Assembly: GCA_043810635.1 (NCBI GenBank)
Contig: JBDRNY010000039.1
Coordinates: 1 to 11,730, forward strand
Origin: Candidatus Micrarchaeota archaeon
Lineage (GTDB): Archaea; Micrarchaeota; Micrarchaeia; Anstonellales; Anstonellaceae
Length of the DNA: 11,730 bases
Direction: 5' to 3'
Position numbers and translations under genes: made by a program. Below, piece by piece: positions 1 to 8,886 of this stretch (positions within the stretch are counted from its first letter, which is position 1; every line of letters begins with the position of its first letter). The notes under the pieces were generated by a model. The model was not told the DNA's origin, made no database searches, and saw only the letters and a program-made list of their open reading frames with translations.

Positions 1-42
1 CTGGAGGAGCATTGTAAATTTGAGGTAAGTTTAATGACGTGA
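1..42 (+). CDS. Possible 3' end of a CDS entering from the left edge (LEEHCKFEVSLMT*)
   Basis: Frame 1 is open from base 1 to TGA at 40-42 and purine-rich like coding strands elsewhere in the window. Too short to assign. Confidence 0.3.
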   Translation: MEEHCKFEVSLMT

Positions 43-156
43 GGAAAATGTTTTGTGCAGAGGCTCCAGCTTTGCCTCTGCATTTTTTGTTGGGGGGAAT
101 TTGGAGGATAAAAGAGATAGTTTTAATTAATCAACGGGCTAGTATTTTTGCCTGTT

Positions 157-164
157 TTTATAAA
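157..164 (+). promoter_or_regulatory. Putative archaeal TATA box for the 193..678 gene
   Basis: TTTATAAA lies about 29-36 nt upstream of the ATG at 193. Confidence 0.45.
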
Positions 165-192
165 TATTTAATGAGTTGGAAGTGTGAGTATT

Positions 193-678
193 ATGAGAAT
201 GAAATCTGTGGTGAAAATTTTGGCTATTGCCTCTTTCCTTGCAATTGCCAATATGGCAAAACCCAAAGCAGAAGAGAACGAGCTTATGGCATTAAAATCA
301 GAATTGCCCGGCTCGGGGGGAATGACAAAGCTGGATTTGGATTATTCCATTGACTATGGGGAAAAAATAAAAGAGATGGGTGGAAGGTTTGGCGTGCTTG
401 CAGACAGCCTTGGGAAAGCGGAGGAAAAGCTTATGCTAATAAGGCAGATGGCAAAGCTAACGAAAGAGCTTCCAGAAGAATTTGAAAAATATTTGGATGA
501 TGCGGAAGGGGATATTGGGCATTGCAAAAAAATTATGATTAAAATTTGTGATTTAACTGAAAAATACAAAAATAAGGGGAAACTAGAAAATTTGCCTTTG
601 GATGAAATAAAAAGGTATATTAATTGGGCAAATGAAAATTTAGATAAATGCGAAAAAATATTGGATGCAAATACCTAA
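193..678 (+). CDS. Hypothetical secreted, mostly alpha-helical protein
   Basis: ORF track starts at GTG 184, but ATG 193 or 199 is more likely. N-terminus MKSVVKILAIASFLAIANMA is signal-peptide-like, followed by Lys/Glu-rich amphipathic helical sequence. No family recognised. Confidence 0.7.
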   Translation: MRMKSVVKILAIASFLAIANMAKPKAEENELMALKSELPGSGGMTKLDLDYSIDYGEKIKEMGGRFGVLADSLGKAEEKLMLIRQMAKLTKELPEEFEKYLDDAEGDIGHCKKIMIKICDLTEKYKNKGKLENLPLDEIKRYINWANENLDKCEKILDANT

Positions 679-1253
679 TTTTTAGAAAAAGCAAAAAATG
701 CCATGCCGACAAGCATTAATGCGGGTATAAAGCAAACTCCGCTTTCGCATTTTCCTTTTACGCATAATTTCCCTTCAGAACACTGCTCATCATCATAACA
801 CTCTTCTGGATGGTTCATGTGAATGCATTGATTGTTTTGGCATACAAACCCGCTTTGGCAGTCAGCATCTAAAGAGCAGGAGGCGGGCGGAACCCCTTTT
901 TCAACACATAAATTTCTATAGCATTCCTCCCCTGAGGGGCAGTCTGCATCAGAAGTGCATACCAAATTCAATACAACACACTTCCCCCCCACGCATTCTT
1001 CATCAATATTGCAATCACTATCAGAATCGCATTCATAATTTGAAGGCGCGCACCACCCGTTTATGCATTCCTCATAAGAATAACAGTCAGAATCTGAATC
1101 GCATTCATATGACCCTCCGTGCACGCATTCCCCATATTCACATATATAGCCGGGGTAGCAATCATCATCAGTAACGCATTCTATTGGAGGGGGAATTGGA
1201 TTTGCAAATAAAAGAGAGGCAAATAAAAATGCAAGCAATAATTTCCCCTTCAT
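675..1253 (-). CDS. Secreted Cys-rich repeat protein (six C-x5-C-x5-C-x4-C modules) with C-terminal membrane anchor
   Basis: Signal peptide MKGKLLLAFLFASLLFA, Pro linker, six CxxDx(D/Q)C...C...C repeats resembling Dickkopf-N/EB-type Cys modules, and C-terminal CFIPALMLVGMAFFAFSKN. Confidence 0.88.
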   Translation of the reverse strand: MKGKLLLAFLFASLLFANPIPPPIECVTDDDCYPGYICEYGECVHGGSYECDSDSDCYSYEECINGWCAPSNYECDSDSDCNIDEECVGGKCVVLNLVCTSDADCPSGEECYRNLCVEKGVPPASCSLDADCQSGFVCQNNQCIHMNHPEECYDDEQCSEGKLCVKGKCESGVCFIPALMLVGMAFFAFSKN

Positions 1254-1275
1254 AAATTTGCCTACCTATTCCATC

Positions 1276-1282
1276 TTTATAA
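1276..1282 (-). promoter_or_regulatory. Putative TATA box for the Cys-rich protein gene
   Basis: TTATAAA on the minus strand 23-29 nt upstream of the ATG at 1253, the spacing expected for a leaderless archaeal transcript. Confidence 0.45.
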
Positions 1283-1291
1283 TATTTCCCC

Positions 1292-1498
1292 TCACTTCCC
1301 AAGCGCTTCTTTTGCTTTTTTATAATCTTCCTCGCTTTTAAATGTAATTGGAAGAAGATATCTTCCGCATTTTCTGCATTTTGCATGCCCGCTAAGCACC
1401 CCCATCCCATATCCCACGCTCCAGGAGCGGTCCCCTTTCGGAATAAAGTCAAGCTCGCGGGAGAGGCAAAACATGCATGCATAAATTTCTGTTTCCAT
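1292..1498 (-). CDS. Small zinc-ribbon-like protein (CxxC...CxxC), 68 aa
   Basis: CMFC and CRKCG knuckles plus a C-terminal helix (FKSEEDYKKAKEAL). Starts 9 nt after the stop of the peptidase gene on the same strand. Confidence 0.75.
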   Translation of the reverse strand: METEIYACMFCLSRELDFIPKGDRSWSVGYGMGVLSGHAKCRKCGRYLLPITFKSEEDYKKAKEALGK

Positions 1499-1507
1499 AT
1501 TGCTCAG

Positions 1508-2506
1508 CTACAAAATTCTTGGTTTTCCCTTCTTTAAAATTAAATTTTGCTCAAATCTTACCCCGAATTTCTTCCCATACCATGCAGGCTCTATTGCAAA
1601 TGCCATATTATCCTGCAATTTTTGTTTGCTTTTCTTGTAAAAGAGGGGGAAATCATGCACGTCAATTCCTATTCCGTGCCCTATTGAATGAACCATTTTT
1701 TTCCATCCATTTCTTTTCACTATTTTGCCTGCATTTTTTGTCAATTCTCCAAAATTTTTGCATTTTTCAATATTTTTTATTATTTCATAAAATATTTTCT
1801 TTGCCTCTTCATACTTTTCCCTCTCTTTTTTGCATTTCCCAAGAAAATAGCACCGTGTCAAATCCGAGCAATAATTCTTGTATTTAATTCCAAAATCCAC
1901 CAATACAATTCCTTTGCCCAATTTCTTTTTTTCAGGAGTATGGTGCGGCTTGGAAGAGTTTTTCCCTGCCGCAACTATCGGAGGGAAGGAAAATAAAACA
2001 TTGTTTTTTATGCAGACAAAACGAAGCGCCCGCACAACGTCAATTTCGCGCATATTTGGCTTTAATTTCAAATTGCTTAATATTTTCTTTGTAATTTTCA
2101 CTGCCTTTGAGATATTTTTTATTTCATTTTTTGTTTTTATTGCACGCATTTGCACAAGCTCTGGATGTATGTCCACAATTTTCTTTCCAAACACTTTTTT
2201 CATCCGCTTATACCTTCCCGCGCTTACCCCCTCAAAATCTACTCCGATTTTCATTTTTCCTACCAATTTTTTCAAAAAAACAGGGATATCTTTTCTTTCC
2301 ACCGCTTTTACATGAAATTTGCATAATTTTTTTGCCTTAGAATAATTCATTTCTGAAGTAATGAGCAATTTTTTCCCTTTCTGCAAAATTAGTATGGAAT
2401 TGTCAATATTGCAGCCGGCATGCCTGAGAAAATTTGCATCAGGCGCATCTGCCGCATCATCATTGAATAAAACAGCAAATTTGCATTTCTTGAATATTGG
2501 ATTCAT
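1508..2506 (-). CDS. Xaa-Pro aminopeptidase/prolidase, peptidase family M24B
   Basis: Motifs LVQMRAIKTKNEI, SFPPIVAAG..S.PHH, VDFG..Y..YCSDLTR, HSIGHGIGIDVHD, AIEP and GVRFEQ supply the D, D, H, E, E metal ligands. Start set at ATG 2506 because TTTATA lies 24-29 nt upstream. The ORF track extends to 2539. Confidence 0.93.
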   Translation of the reverse strand: MNPIFKKCKFAVLFNDDAADAPDANFLRHAGCNIDNSILILQKGKKLLITSEMNYSKAKKLCKFHVKAVERKDIPVFLKKLVGKMKIGVDFEGVSAGRYKRMKKVFGKKIVDIHPELVQMRAIKTKNEIKNISKAVKITKKILSNLKLKPNMREIDVVRALRFVCIKNNVLFSFPPIVAAGKNSSKPHHTPEKKKLGKGIVLVDFGIKYKNYCSDLTRCYFLGKCKKEREKYEEAKKIFYEIIKNIEKCKNFGELTKNAGKIVKRNGWKKMVHSIGHGIGIDVHDFPLFYKKSKQKLQDNMAFAIEPAWYGKKFGVRFEQNLILKKGKPRIL

Positions 2507-2544
2507 GGAAATAGAAAGAAGTGATGGAATATAAATCATTTCTT

Positions 2545-4203
2545 TTATTTTTTGCGCCCAAGGTCAACATAATATCTTGGCGCATCTTCTATCAATTGTT
2601 TTACATCTATAAAAAAGAACAGGTACCTCTTGTAGGAATTCATAATTTTTTTATAAAATTTCCCGTTCCACTCTTTCATTTCCTCCTCATTGGGCATAAA
2701 AGCTATGCCGTTTTCCCTTTCTGTAAATCTTATGTTAAACTCTTCTATCAATTTTTTATTGTATGAAGAGATAAGCCTCTTTTTCTCTCCCCCGCCTCCG
2801 AACATCTTATTTGCTTTCTCTTCAATTGCATCAACATATTTCACGCGCCTTTTAACAAATCTTTTTCTTTTTTTATCTGAATCCTCTCCGGCATATGGCA
2901 CAAGCTTCTTTTTTATAACAACTGGCGTGAGCGCTTTTGCATCTTTTCCCTCGGATGAAAAGAGCCTATTTTTGTCAGGATAGATTTTTCTTAGGCAGCC
3001 TCTTTTCTCTTTTTTGTTGATTGCTGCAAATTGCTCTTTCCAAAGTTTTTCCCCTTCTTTTATAAAATCAGGGCGCACCATTTTTTTGTAATTTACCATT
3101 TCCCAGGGATAGAGCTTGGCTCCGGAAACATCCATCTTTCTCTTTTCAACCATTTCTTTTATTTCATCATAATTGTATGCTTTTCCATAATCCGCCAAAG
3201 CGGAATATACCTTGCCCCAATAAATGTCCAGCAAATTGCCCAAGCCTGCAGACAGAAAATATTCTCCAGATGCCTTTCTTAGGTTCTTACCAAAAAAAAC
3301 GCGGTCTAATCCAGCTTGCTTAAGCTGGAAGTTATTGCTCCAGTCAGGCATTCTCATATACAAAAGCCCTTTTTTCATAAGTTCGAGAATATCAAAGGTG
3401 TTGCCGGTAGCCATAAACAAGCGTATTTTTACCTTAATTTCCTCAATAAAACGCATAATCCCTTTTTCTGTTAAAATCCACTCTTTTTTTGCATTATATT
3501 TTTCCTTTTCTGGGTAATTTTCCAAAAATCTGATATCATAGTTCATGAAAGAAGTAAGTTTTTCAGCTTTGATATAATTTTTGACTTCATTTATGTCTGC
3601 CAGCTTGAAATAGCCTTGGCTGATGAGAAACTCGGCCAGTTTTTCCTTTTCAGGCTTTAACTCCTCATACATAGACTTCTTTTTCTTGCATCTTCTAGAA
3701 GTTCCGCTAATAACCTCAAGCTGATCCTCATCCACAAAAATACCCAACCTGTACAAAATCTCTTCTTTCATAAGCCTTGCTTCAGCTGTGAAGTTCCCGC
3801 TGACATGTATTATCTTTTCAGGGTTGAAACCTGAAATTCTTAGAGCGGCTTGGGGGGTTCCAAATATATCCAGAATTCCTGCCTTATACAGGCGATTGTA
3901 ATTAGTTTTTATGGAAAAAGTATTCAGCTCATTGTCTGCCAAATAAAATTTCCAAATTTCTTCAACTGCAACACCTTCGCTCCATTCAATACTCCGTTTT
4001 TTCTTTCCATCAACATTTACTAATATTTTATCTGAAGAATATAGGGGCCCTTCTTCCAATATTTGCCCTTTTTGAAACCCCTCATACAATTTGGCCATTT
4101 TTCCCGGGGATTGATTTATAATCTCCCTAACCAGCGGGATTCTTTTCATAACTAATTTTATGGCTTTTGCTTGAGTTGGAGTGATTTGCCAGGTCTTTTG
4201 CAT
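2545..4203 (-). CDS. Hypothetical Lys-rich protein (~550 aa), possibly nucleic-acid binding
   Basis: Long ORF in the same orientation as its neighbours. First ATG-led likely start is MQKTWQ at 4203 (track gives 4233, and an in-frame ATG also occurs at 4218). Two similar helical motifs: AGILDIFGTPQAAL and AGLGNLLDIYWGKVYSAL...LYPWEM. Confidence 0.8.
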   Translation of the reverse strand: MQKTWQITPTQAKAIKLVMKRIPLVREIINQSPGKMAKLYEGFQKGQILEEGPLYSSDKILVNVDGKKKRSIEWSEGVAVEEIWKFYLADNELNTFSIKTNYNRLYKAGILDIFGTPQAALRISGFNPEKIIHVSGNFTAEARLMKEEILYRLGIFVDEDQLEVISGTSRRCKKKKSMYEELKPEKEKLAEFLISQGYFKLADINEVKNYIKAEKLTSFMNYDIRFLENYPEKEKYNAKKEWILTEKGIMRFIEEIKVKIRLFMATGNTFDILELMKKGLLYMRMPDWSNNFQLKQAGLDRVFFGKNLRKASGEYFLSAGLGNLLDIYWGKVYSALADYGKAYNYDEIKEMVEKRKMDVSGAKLYPWEMVNYKKMVRPDFIKEGEKLWKEQFAAINKKEKRGCLRKIYPDKNRLFSSEGKDAKALTPVVIKKKLVPYAGEDSDKKRKRFVKRRVKYVDAIEEKANKMFGGGGEKKRLISSYNKKLIEEFNIRFTERENGIAFMPNEEEMKEWNGKFYKKIMNSYKRYLFFFIDVKQLIEDAPRYYVDLGRKK

Positions 4204-4236
4204 AAAAGACAACCACATATAACACGAAAACAAAGT

Positions 4237-5199
4237 TTAAAGCACTTGCATATGATAAAAATAATCCTCTTCTTCAAATTCTTCCTCTTTTTCAGAATAA
4301 TCCAATCCATTTTTCCCGCCAAGGGATATTTTTTTGCCCAATATTTTTTCCACATATTTTTTTTGCCTTTGCACATTTGCATTTTTTCCGTTTGCCGCAA
4401 GAAATGATGTAAGAAAAAGAAAATTCAAATCAACAGTCCATTGCCCTCCGTATTCGCGCACAATGGAGGGATTCCACATTTCAGGAGGAAGGGAAAAATC
4501 CTCCTTAAAATAAAATCCGTAGTCAAATATGTCAATATGCCCTTTTTCCGAAAGATGGTTGGAAAGGGAGAGAATTGAATTTGCGGAAATGCGGTTTATT
4601 GAAATGAAATATTTCTGGGGAAGGGAAAAAAGGAGCTTTTGTTCCAACACATCCAAATCTTCAGAAGTGGCGGCAACTAATTTTGTTTTCATTTCATTAT
4701 CAAATAATACTTTCCACAATTCTCCCTCGATATTTGAATACAAATTTGCAGGCAAATCACAGAATAATTCATTGCACCTTATCAAATCAAAAGAAATTTC
4801 TTCAGGAAGGGAGGGATTGGAGGCATCAAATTCAATTTTAGTTATTTCGCAATAATTTTTGAATTTTGAAACAGATTTTTCTGCAGAAGAAAGGATGGGT
4901 TTTGAAAAATCTGCAAGAAAATATTTTATTTTTGACAAAATTTTGGAATCTGCTTTTCTTATTTCCTCTAAAAATGAATATGCAAATGCCCCGTTGCCCA
5001 CCCCTATTTCCATTATATTGTATTCTTTTCTATTATTTTCTCCAGCATAAGCGCAAAAAGCAAGCGCATTTGCTTTTGAAAGCAACCCTTTTGAAGATTG
5101 GGCATAGGTGGAAAAGTCGTCATATATTGTTGGTTTGGCCTTTTTGTAATAAGCAGAATTTTTTTCTGCCATCCATTCGCTTAATGGCTTGAATTTCAT
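4237..5199 (-). CDS. Class I SAM-dependent methyltransferase, MidA/NDUFAF7 (Methyltransf_28/DUF185)-like
   Basis: Motif I IMEIGVGNGAFA. EWM...AYY, DDFST, NELFCDLP, FDYG and GGQWTVDLNF parallel the MidA motifs M..GYY, GDFxT, NExxDAxP, xDYG and G.qDxTahVdF. ATG at 5199 overlaps the dnaJ stop (TAATG). Confidence 0.8.
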   Translation of the reverse strand: MKFKPLSEWMAEKNSAYYKKAKPTIYDDFSTYAQSSKGLLSKANALAFCAYAGENNRKEYNIMEIGVGNGAFAYSFLEEIRKADSKILSKIKYFLADFSKPILSSAEKSVSKFKNYCEITKIEFDASNPSLPEEISFDLIRCNELFCDLPANLYSNIEGELWKVLFDNEMKTKLVAATSEDLDVLEQKLLFSLPQKYFISINRISANSILSLSNHLSEKGHIDIFDYGFYFKEDFSLPPEMWNPSIVREYGGQWTVDLNFLFLTSFLAANGKNANVQRQKKYVEKILGKKISLGGKNGLDYSEKEEEFEEEDYFYHMQVL

Positions 5200-6308
5200 T
5201 AAATAAACCATCCTTTTTCCGGTTTTTCGCCATCAAATTCATTTAATAATTCTTTTTGCTTTCCAGTCAATTTTTTAGGCACATCTATAATTACCCGCAC
5301 ATACAAATCCCCTTTTCCTCCCCCGCGCAAATGAGGCATGCCTTCCTCTTTTAGGCGCAAAAGGGTATGGGAAGGGGTGCCGGCAGGCACTTTTACTTCA
5401 GCATTTCCTGAAAGTGTGGGAGCTTTTATTTTTCCCCCAATTGCAGCTGTTGAAAATTTTATATCCACATCTGCATACAAATCATCGCCCTGCCTTTCAA
5501 ACCTCTCATCTTCTTGCACATGCACATATACATACAAATCTCCGTATCCTCCGGAGCCATATTCCCCTAATCCTTCCAATCTTAGGCGGGAGCTGTTTTG
5601 TATTCCTGCAGGTATTTGCACTTCAATTTTCTCGCTTTTTCTGATAATTCCGCTCCCGTTGCATTTTTTGCACTCTTTTTCAGGCATTTGCCCGCTTCCT
5701 TTGCATGCATGACATGCAGTAACAGTTGAAAACCTTCCAAACCCCCCCAAACTTCTCACATGCTGCACCTGCCCCCTTCCCCCGCATTGCGCACATGTTT
5801 TCATTTTAGAATCTGCGCCGCCTGTGCCATTGCATTTATTGCATTCAACATTTCTTGAAACAGGAATTGTTTTGCTTGCACCTTCTGATGCATCAAGAAG
5901 GGAAATGGAAATTTCTGCGCCCAAATCCGCGCCAATATTTCTTCTCATTCCGCCAAACATAGAGCCGAATATATTTCCGAATATTCCCCCTCCAAAAGGG
6001 GAATCATCAAAATCCATTCCCATGGAGCGGAATACTTCCTCAAAATTTGCCCCGCGGAAAATGTCTTCAGTAGAATACCTTTGGTCAAACCCTGCATGCC
6101 CAAAAGTGTCATATGCCTGCCTTTTTTCATTATTTGAAAGCACTGCATATGCTTCTGAAATTTCCTTGAATTTTTCCTCTGCATCAGAAGATTTGTTTTT
6201 GTCGGGGTGATATTTTAATGCTAATTTTCGGTAAGCAGCCTTAAGTTCATTGACAGAAGCAGTTTTTGAAACCCCCAATATTTCGTAATAATCACGTTTT
6301 GTTGCCAT
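5199..6308 (-). CDS. dnaJ: Molecular chaperone DnaJ (class A Hsp40)
   Basis: J domain ([10 protein letters not shown]...YHPDKN), G/F-rich region with DIF/NIF motifs, four CxxCxGxG repeats, and C-terminal domain (GEGMP-like EEGMP, GDLYV). Confidence 0.98.
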   Translation of the reverse strand: MATKRDYYEILGVSKTASVNELKAAYRKLALKYHPDKNKSSDAEEKFKEISEAYAVLSNNEKRQAYDTFGHAGFDQRYSTEDIFRGANFEEVFRSMGMDFDDSPFGGGIFGNIFGSMFGGMRRNIGADLGAEISISLLDASEGASKTIPVSRNVECNKCNGTGGADSKMKTCAQCGGRGQVQHVRSLGGFGRFSTVTACHACKGSGQMPEKECKKCNGSGIIRKSEKIEVQIPAGIQNSSRLRLEGLGEYGSGGYGDLYVYVHVQEDERFERQGDDLYADVDIKFSTAAIGGKIKAPTLSGNAEVKVPAGTPSHTLLRLKEEGMPHLRGGGKGDLYVRVIIDVPKKLTGKQKELLNEFDGEKPEKGWFI

Positions 6309-6376
6309 AAATCATACGCCAGATATATTTTTTCGCTTGTTGCCCGCATGCCGGATTTTTGCAGGCATTTCAGATT

Positions 6377-6871
6377 TTATTTTACTTTAACTTTTTTTCC
6401 TTTTTTCGTTTTTAGTTTCATTTTCGGCAATTCTATCCTTAATATTCCGTCGGAATATTTTGCCTTTGCCTTGTCAGGGTTTATTTCCTGGGGAAGGGAA
6501 AACTGCCTGTAATAGCCTGAATATGAGCGCTCGTGGTATGCATAGCCTTTCTTTTCCTCTTTTTCTTCTTTTTTCCTCTGGGCGTGCACCCTCAGCATTC
6601 CGGGCTCGACTTCTATTACAAAATCCTCTTTATTCAACCCGGGCGCTTCTATTATTGCAACATACTTGTCTTTGTGCTCTTCCAAATCAGCCAATGGCTG
6701 GCGCAATGTTGGCATGCGCATTCCAAACCTTCCCACAGGATGGCGCGGCACTGTTAAAAAATCATCAAACATGCTGTCCATCCTTCTCCGCATTTCATCC
6801 ATTTCAGCAAAAGGATCTATCACCCTCACAGCCCGCACAGGCATTTTTTCTTTTTTCTCTTCTTTCCCCAT
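6377..6871 (-). CDS. Small heat-shock protein, Hsp20/alpha-crystallin family
   Basis: PLADLEE..EAPGLNKED, HERSYSGYYRQFSLP, AKAKYSDGILRIELPK and a C-terminal VKV (IxI-like) motif. The GTG at 6880 falls inside a GGGGTGA SD, so ATG 6871 is the likely start. Confidence 0.96.
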   Translation of the reverse strand: MGKEEKKEKMPVRAVRVIDPFAEMDEMRRRMDSMFDDFLTVPRHPVGRFGMRMPTLRQPLADLEEHKDKYVAIIEAPGLNKEDFVIEVEPGMLRVHAQRKKEEKEEKKGYAYHERSYSGYYRQFSLPQEINPDKAKAKYSDGILRIELPKMKLKTKKGKKVKVK

Positions 6872-6877
6872 ATTTTT

Positions 6878-6884
6878 CACCCCG
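6878..6884 (-). promoter_or_regulatory. Shine-Dalgarno site of hsp20
   Basis: GGGGTGA 6 nt upstream of ATG 6871. Confidence 0.7.
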
Positions 6885-6892
6885 CAAAAAAA

Positions 6893-8764
6893 TTATTTTT
6901 TCTTGAATTCGGCATCTATTGTGTCATCTCCGCCTTTTTTTCCTTTTTTATTTCCTCTGCCGGAAGAGCCCCCTGCACCAGTTCCTGCGCCGGTTCCGCC
7001 GGGAGGGGTTTGCCCTCCGCTTTGCTTGTATATGTGCTCCCCTATTTTTGTAAGCAGGGATTTGAGGGAGTCTAGGGCAGATTTTACTTTTGCAGAATCT
7101 TTTGTTTTAAGGGATTCTCTCAATTCTTCAACTTTTTCATCAATCTGCTTTTTCAATTCAGCAGGTATTTTGCCCCCATACTCTTTCAAAGTTTTTTCTG
7201 TTGAATAAACTGTCACCTCACCCTCATTAATAATTTCCACACTTTCCTTTCTTTTCTTATCCTCTTCTGCATGGGATTCTGCCTCTTTCATTTTCTTTTC
7301 AATTTCACTCTTGTCCATTTTATTCGGAGCAACAATCTGTATTTTCTGCTCCTTGCCGGTGCCTTTGTCTTTTGCGCCTACATGGATTATTCCGTTTGCA
7401 TCAATGTCAAATGTTACCTCAATTTGAGGCACCCCTCTCGGTGCGGGAGGAAGTCCGACTAATGAGAAGCGGCCCAATTCCATATTGTCATTTGCCATCG
7501 CCCTCTCCCCCTGCAATACTTTTATTTCAACAGCAGGCTGGTTGTCTGCCGCAGTGGAGAATATTTGGCTTTTCTTTGTTGGAATGGTTGTATTTCTTTC
7601 AATTAATTTGGTAAATACCCCCCCAAGCGTCTCAATTCCCAAAGAAAGTGGAGTAACATCAAGCAAAAGCACGTCTTTTACTTCCCCTGCAAGCACACCT
7701 GCCTGTATGGCAGCGCCCATTGCAACGCATTCCATGGGATCTACTCCCCGTTCAACTTTTTTGCCGGCAATTTTTTCAACAAATTTCTGCACAACGGGCA
7801 TTCTTGTAGGCCCCCCTACCATGATTATTTTGCTTATATCATCTGCCTTCAATTTTGCGTCAGAAAGCGAGTTCATTAGCGGCTGTTCGCACCTCTGAAT
7901 TAATGGGTCAACAAGCTCTTCAAGCTTGGCACGGGTCAATTTATATGCAAAATGCTTTGGCCCCTCTTTTGTTGCTGAAAGGTAAGGAAGGTTAATTTCA
8001 GATTCAAGGGTGGTTGATAATTCTATTTTTGCCTTTTCAGCGGCTTCGCGCATTCTCTGCAATGCCATGGGGTCTTCCTTCACGTCAATGCCGCTTTCCT
8101 TTTTGAAAATATTTGCCAGATAAGTTACTATTTCCTCATCCATGTCAGTTCCGCCAAGCTGGGTGTCTCCTGAAGTGGATTTTACTTCAAACACTCCCCC
8201 TCCGAATTCCATTACTGTAACATCAAGGGTGCCTCCCCCCAAATCAAATACCAGTATTTTATGGTCTCCGGCCCCTTTGTCCAATCCGTATGAAAGGGAT
8301 GCGGCAGTGGGTTCGTTGATAATTCTTACAACTTCCAATCCAGCAATTTCGCCCGCATCTTTTGTTGCCTGCCTTTGGTTGTCATTGAAATAGGCGGGCA
8401 CTGTAATAACCGCTTTTTTAACAGGAGTGCCGAGAAAATCTTCTGCATCTTTTTTTATTTTTGTCAATATCATTGCAGAAAGCTCTTGGGGGGTGTATTC
8501 TTTTCCCCTTAAATTGTATTTGTGGGAAGTGCCCATTTTCCTCTTAAAACTGGTAACAGTATTTTCAGGGTTGGAAACTGCCTGCCTTCTTGCAGGCTCT
8601 CCCACCAGTCTTTGCCCGTCTTTTGCAAATGCAACATAAGAAGGGAAAGATTTCCCGTACTGGCTTGCCCCTTCTGCAGAAGGTATTAATACCGGCCGCG
8701 CGCCTTCAAGCACGGCTGCTGCAGAATTGCTTGTTCCCAAATCAATGCCTATTATTTTTGACAT
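6893..8764 (-). CDS. dnaK: Molecular chaperone DnaK (Hsp70)
   Basis: [69 protein letters not shown] and terminal DAEF. Lacks the ~23-aa N-terminal-domain insert of diderm DnaK, as in archaeal and Gram-positive DnaK. Confidence 0.99.
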   Translation of the reverse strand: MSKIIGIDLGTSNSAAAVLEGARPVLIPSAEGASQYGKSFPSYVAFAKDGQRLVGEPARRQAVSNPENTVTSFKRKMGTSHKYNLRGKEYTPQELSAMILTKIKKDAEDFLGTPVKKAVITVPAYFNDNQRQATKDAGEIAGLEVVRIINEPTAASLSYGLDKGAGDHKILVFDLGGGTLDVTVMEFGGGVFEVKSTSGDTQLGGTDMDEEIVTYLANIFKKESGIDVKEDPMALQRMREAAEKAKIELSTTLESEINLPYLSATKEGPKHFAYKLTRAKLEELVDPLIQRCEQPLMNSLSDAKLKADDISKIIMVGGPTRMPVVQKFVEKIAGKKVERGVDPMECVAMGAAIQAGVLAGEVKDVLLLDVTPLSLGIETLGGVFTKLIERNTTIPTKKSQIFSTAADNQPAVEIKVLQGERAMANDNMELGRFSLVGLPPAPRGVPQIEVTFDIDANGIIHVGAKDKGTGKEQKIQIVAPNKMDKSEIEKKMKEAESHAEEDKKRKESVEIINEGEVTVYSTEKTLKEYGGKIPAELKKQIDEKVEELRESLKTKDSAKVKSALDSLKSLLTKIGEHIYKQSGGQTPPGGTGAGTGAGGSSGRGNKKGKKGGDDTIDAEFKKK

Positions 8765-8770
8765 AAAACT

Positions 8771-8777
8771 TCACCTC
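8771..8777 (-). promoter_or_regulatory. Shine-Dalgarno site of dnaK
   Basis: GAGGTGA 6 nt upstream of ATG 8764, the archaeal-type SD. Confidence 0.8.
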
Positions 8778-8886
8778 ATAAATATAATTTTTTTATTTTC
8801 ATTTGCTTATTTTTCCTCTTTATTTTTTTCCTCCCCGCTCGCTTCTTTTTTCCCCCATAAATATTTCGCTTACTTTTTCATCCGCA

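Noticed and set aside
39..353. 104-aa plus-strand ORF
   Set aside because: Spans an AT-rich promoter-like region and overlaps the better-supported 193..678 ORF out of frame.
1010..1112. Repeated tcagaatc/gaatcgcattcata words as a possible CRISPR or DNA repeat element
   Set aside because: Explained by the coding repeat YECDSDSDC in the Cys-rich protein. No repeat-spacer structure.
1168..1482. Alternative 104-aa minus-strand ORF
   Set aside because: Overlaps both the zinc-ribbon ORF and the start of the Cys-rich gene in another frame, and both of those have coherent motifs.
4237..5199. Calling the methyltransferase prmA because it follows dnaJ
   Set aside because: Motifs (DFxT, NExxxDxP, DYG) fit the MidA/DUF185 family. 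The PrmA FGTGxHxTT motif is absent.
6893..7030. Gly-rich, basic DnaK C-terminal tail ending DAEFKKK
   Set aside because: Variable disordered tails ending in a DAEF motif are normal for DnaK, and the Lys bias is shared by most proteins in the window.
6460..8639. Several plus-strand ORFs opposite hsp20 and dnaK
   Set aside because: Antisense open frames are a known by-product of Hsp70 codon usage. No independent motifs.
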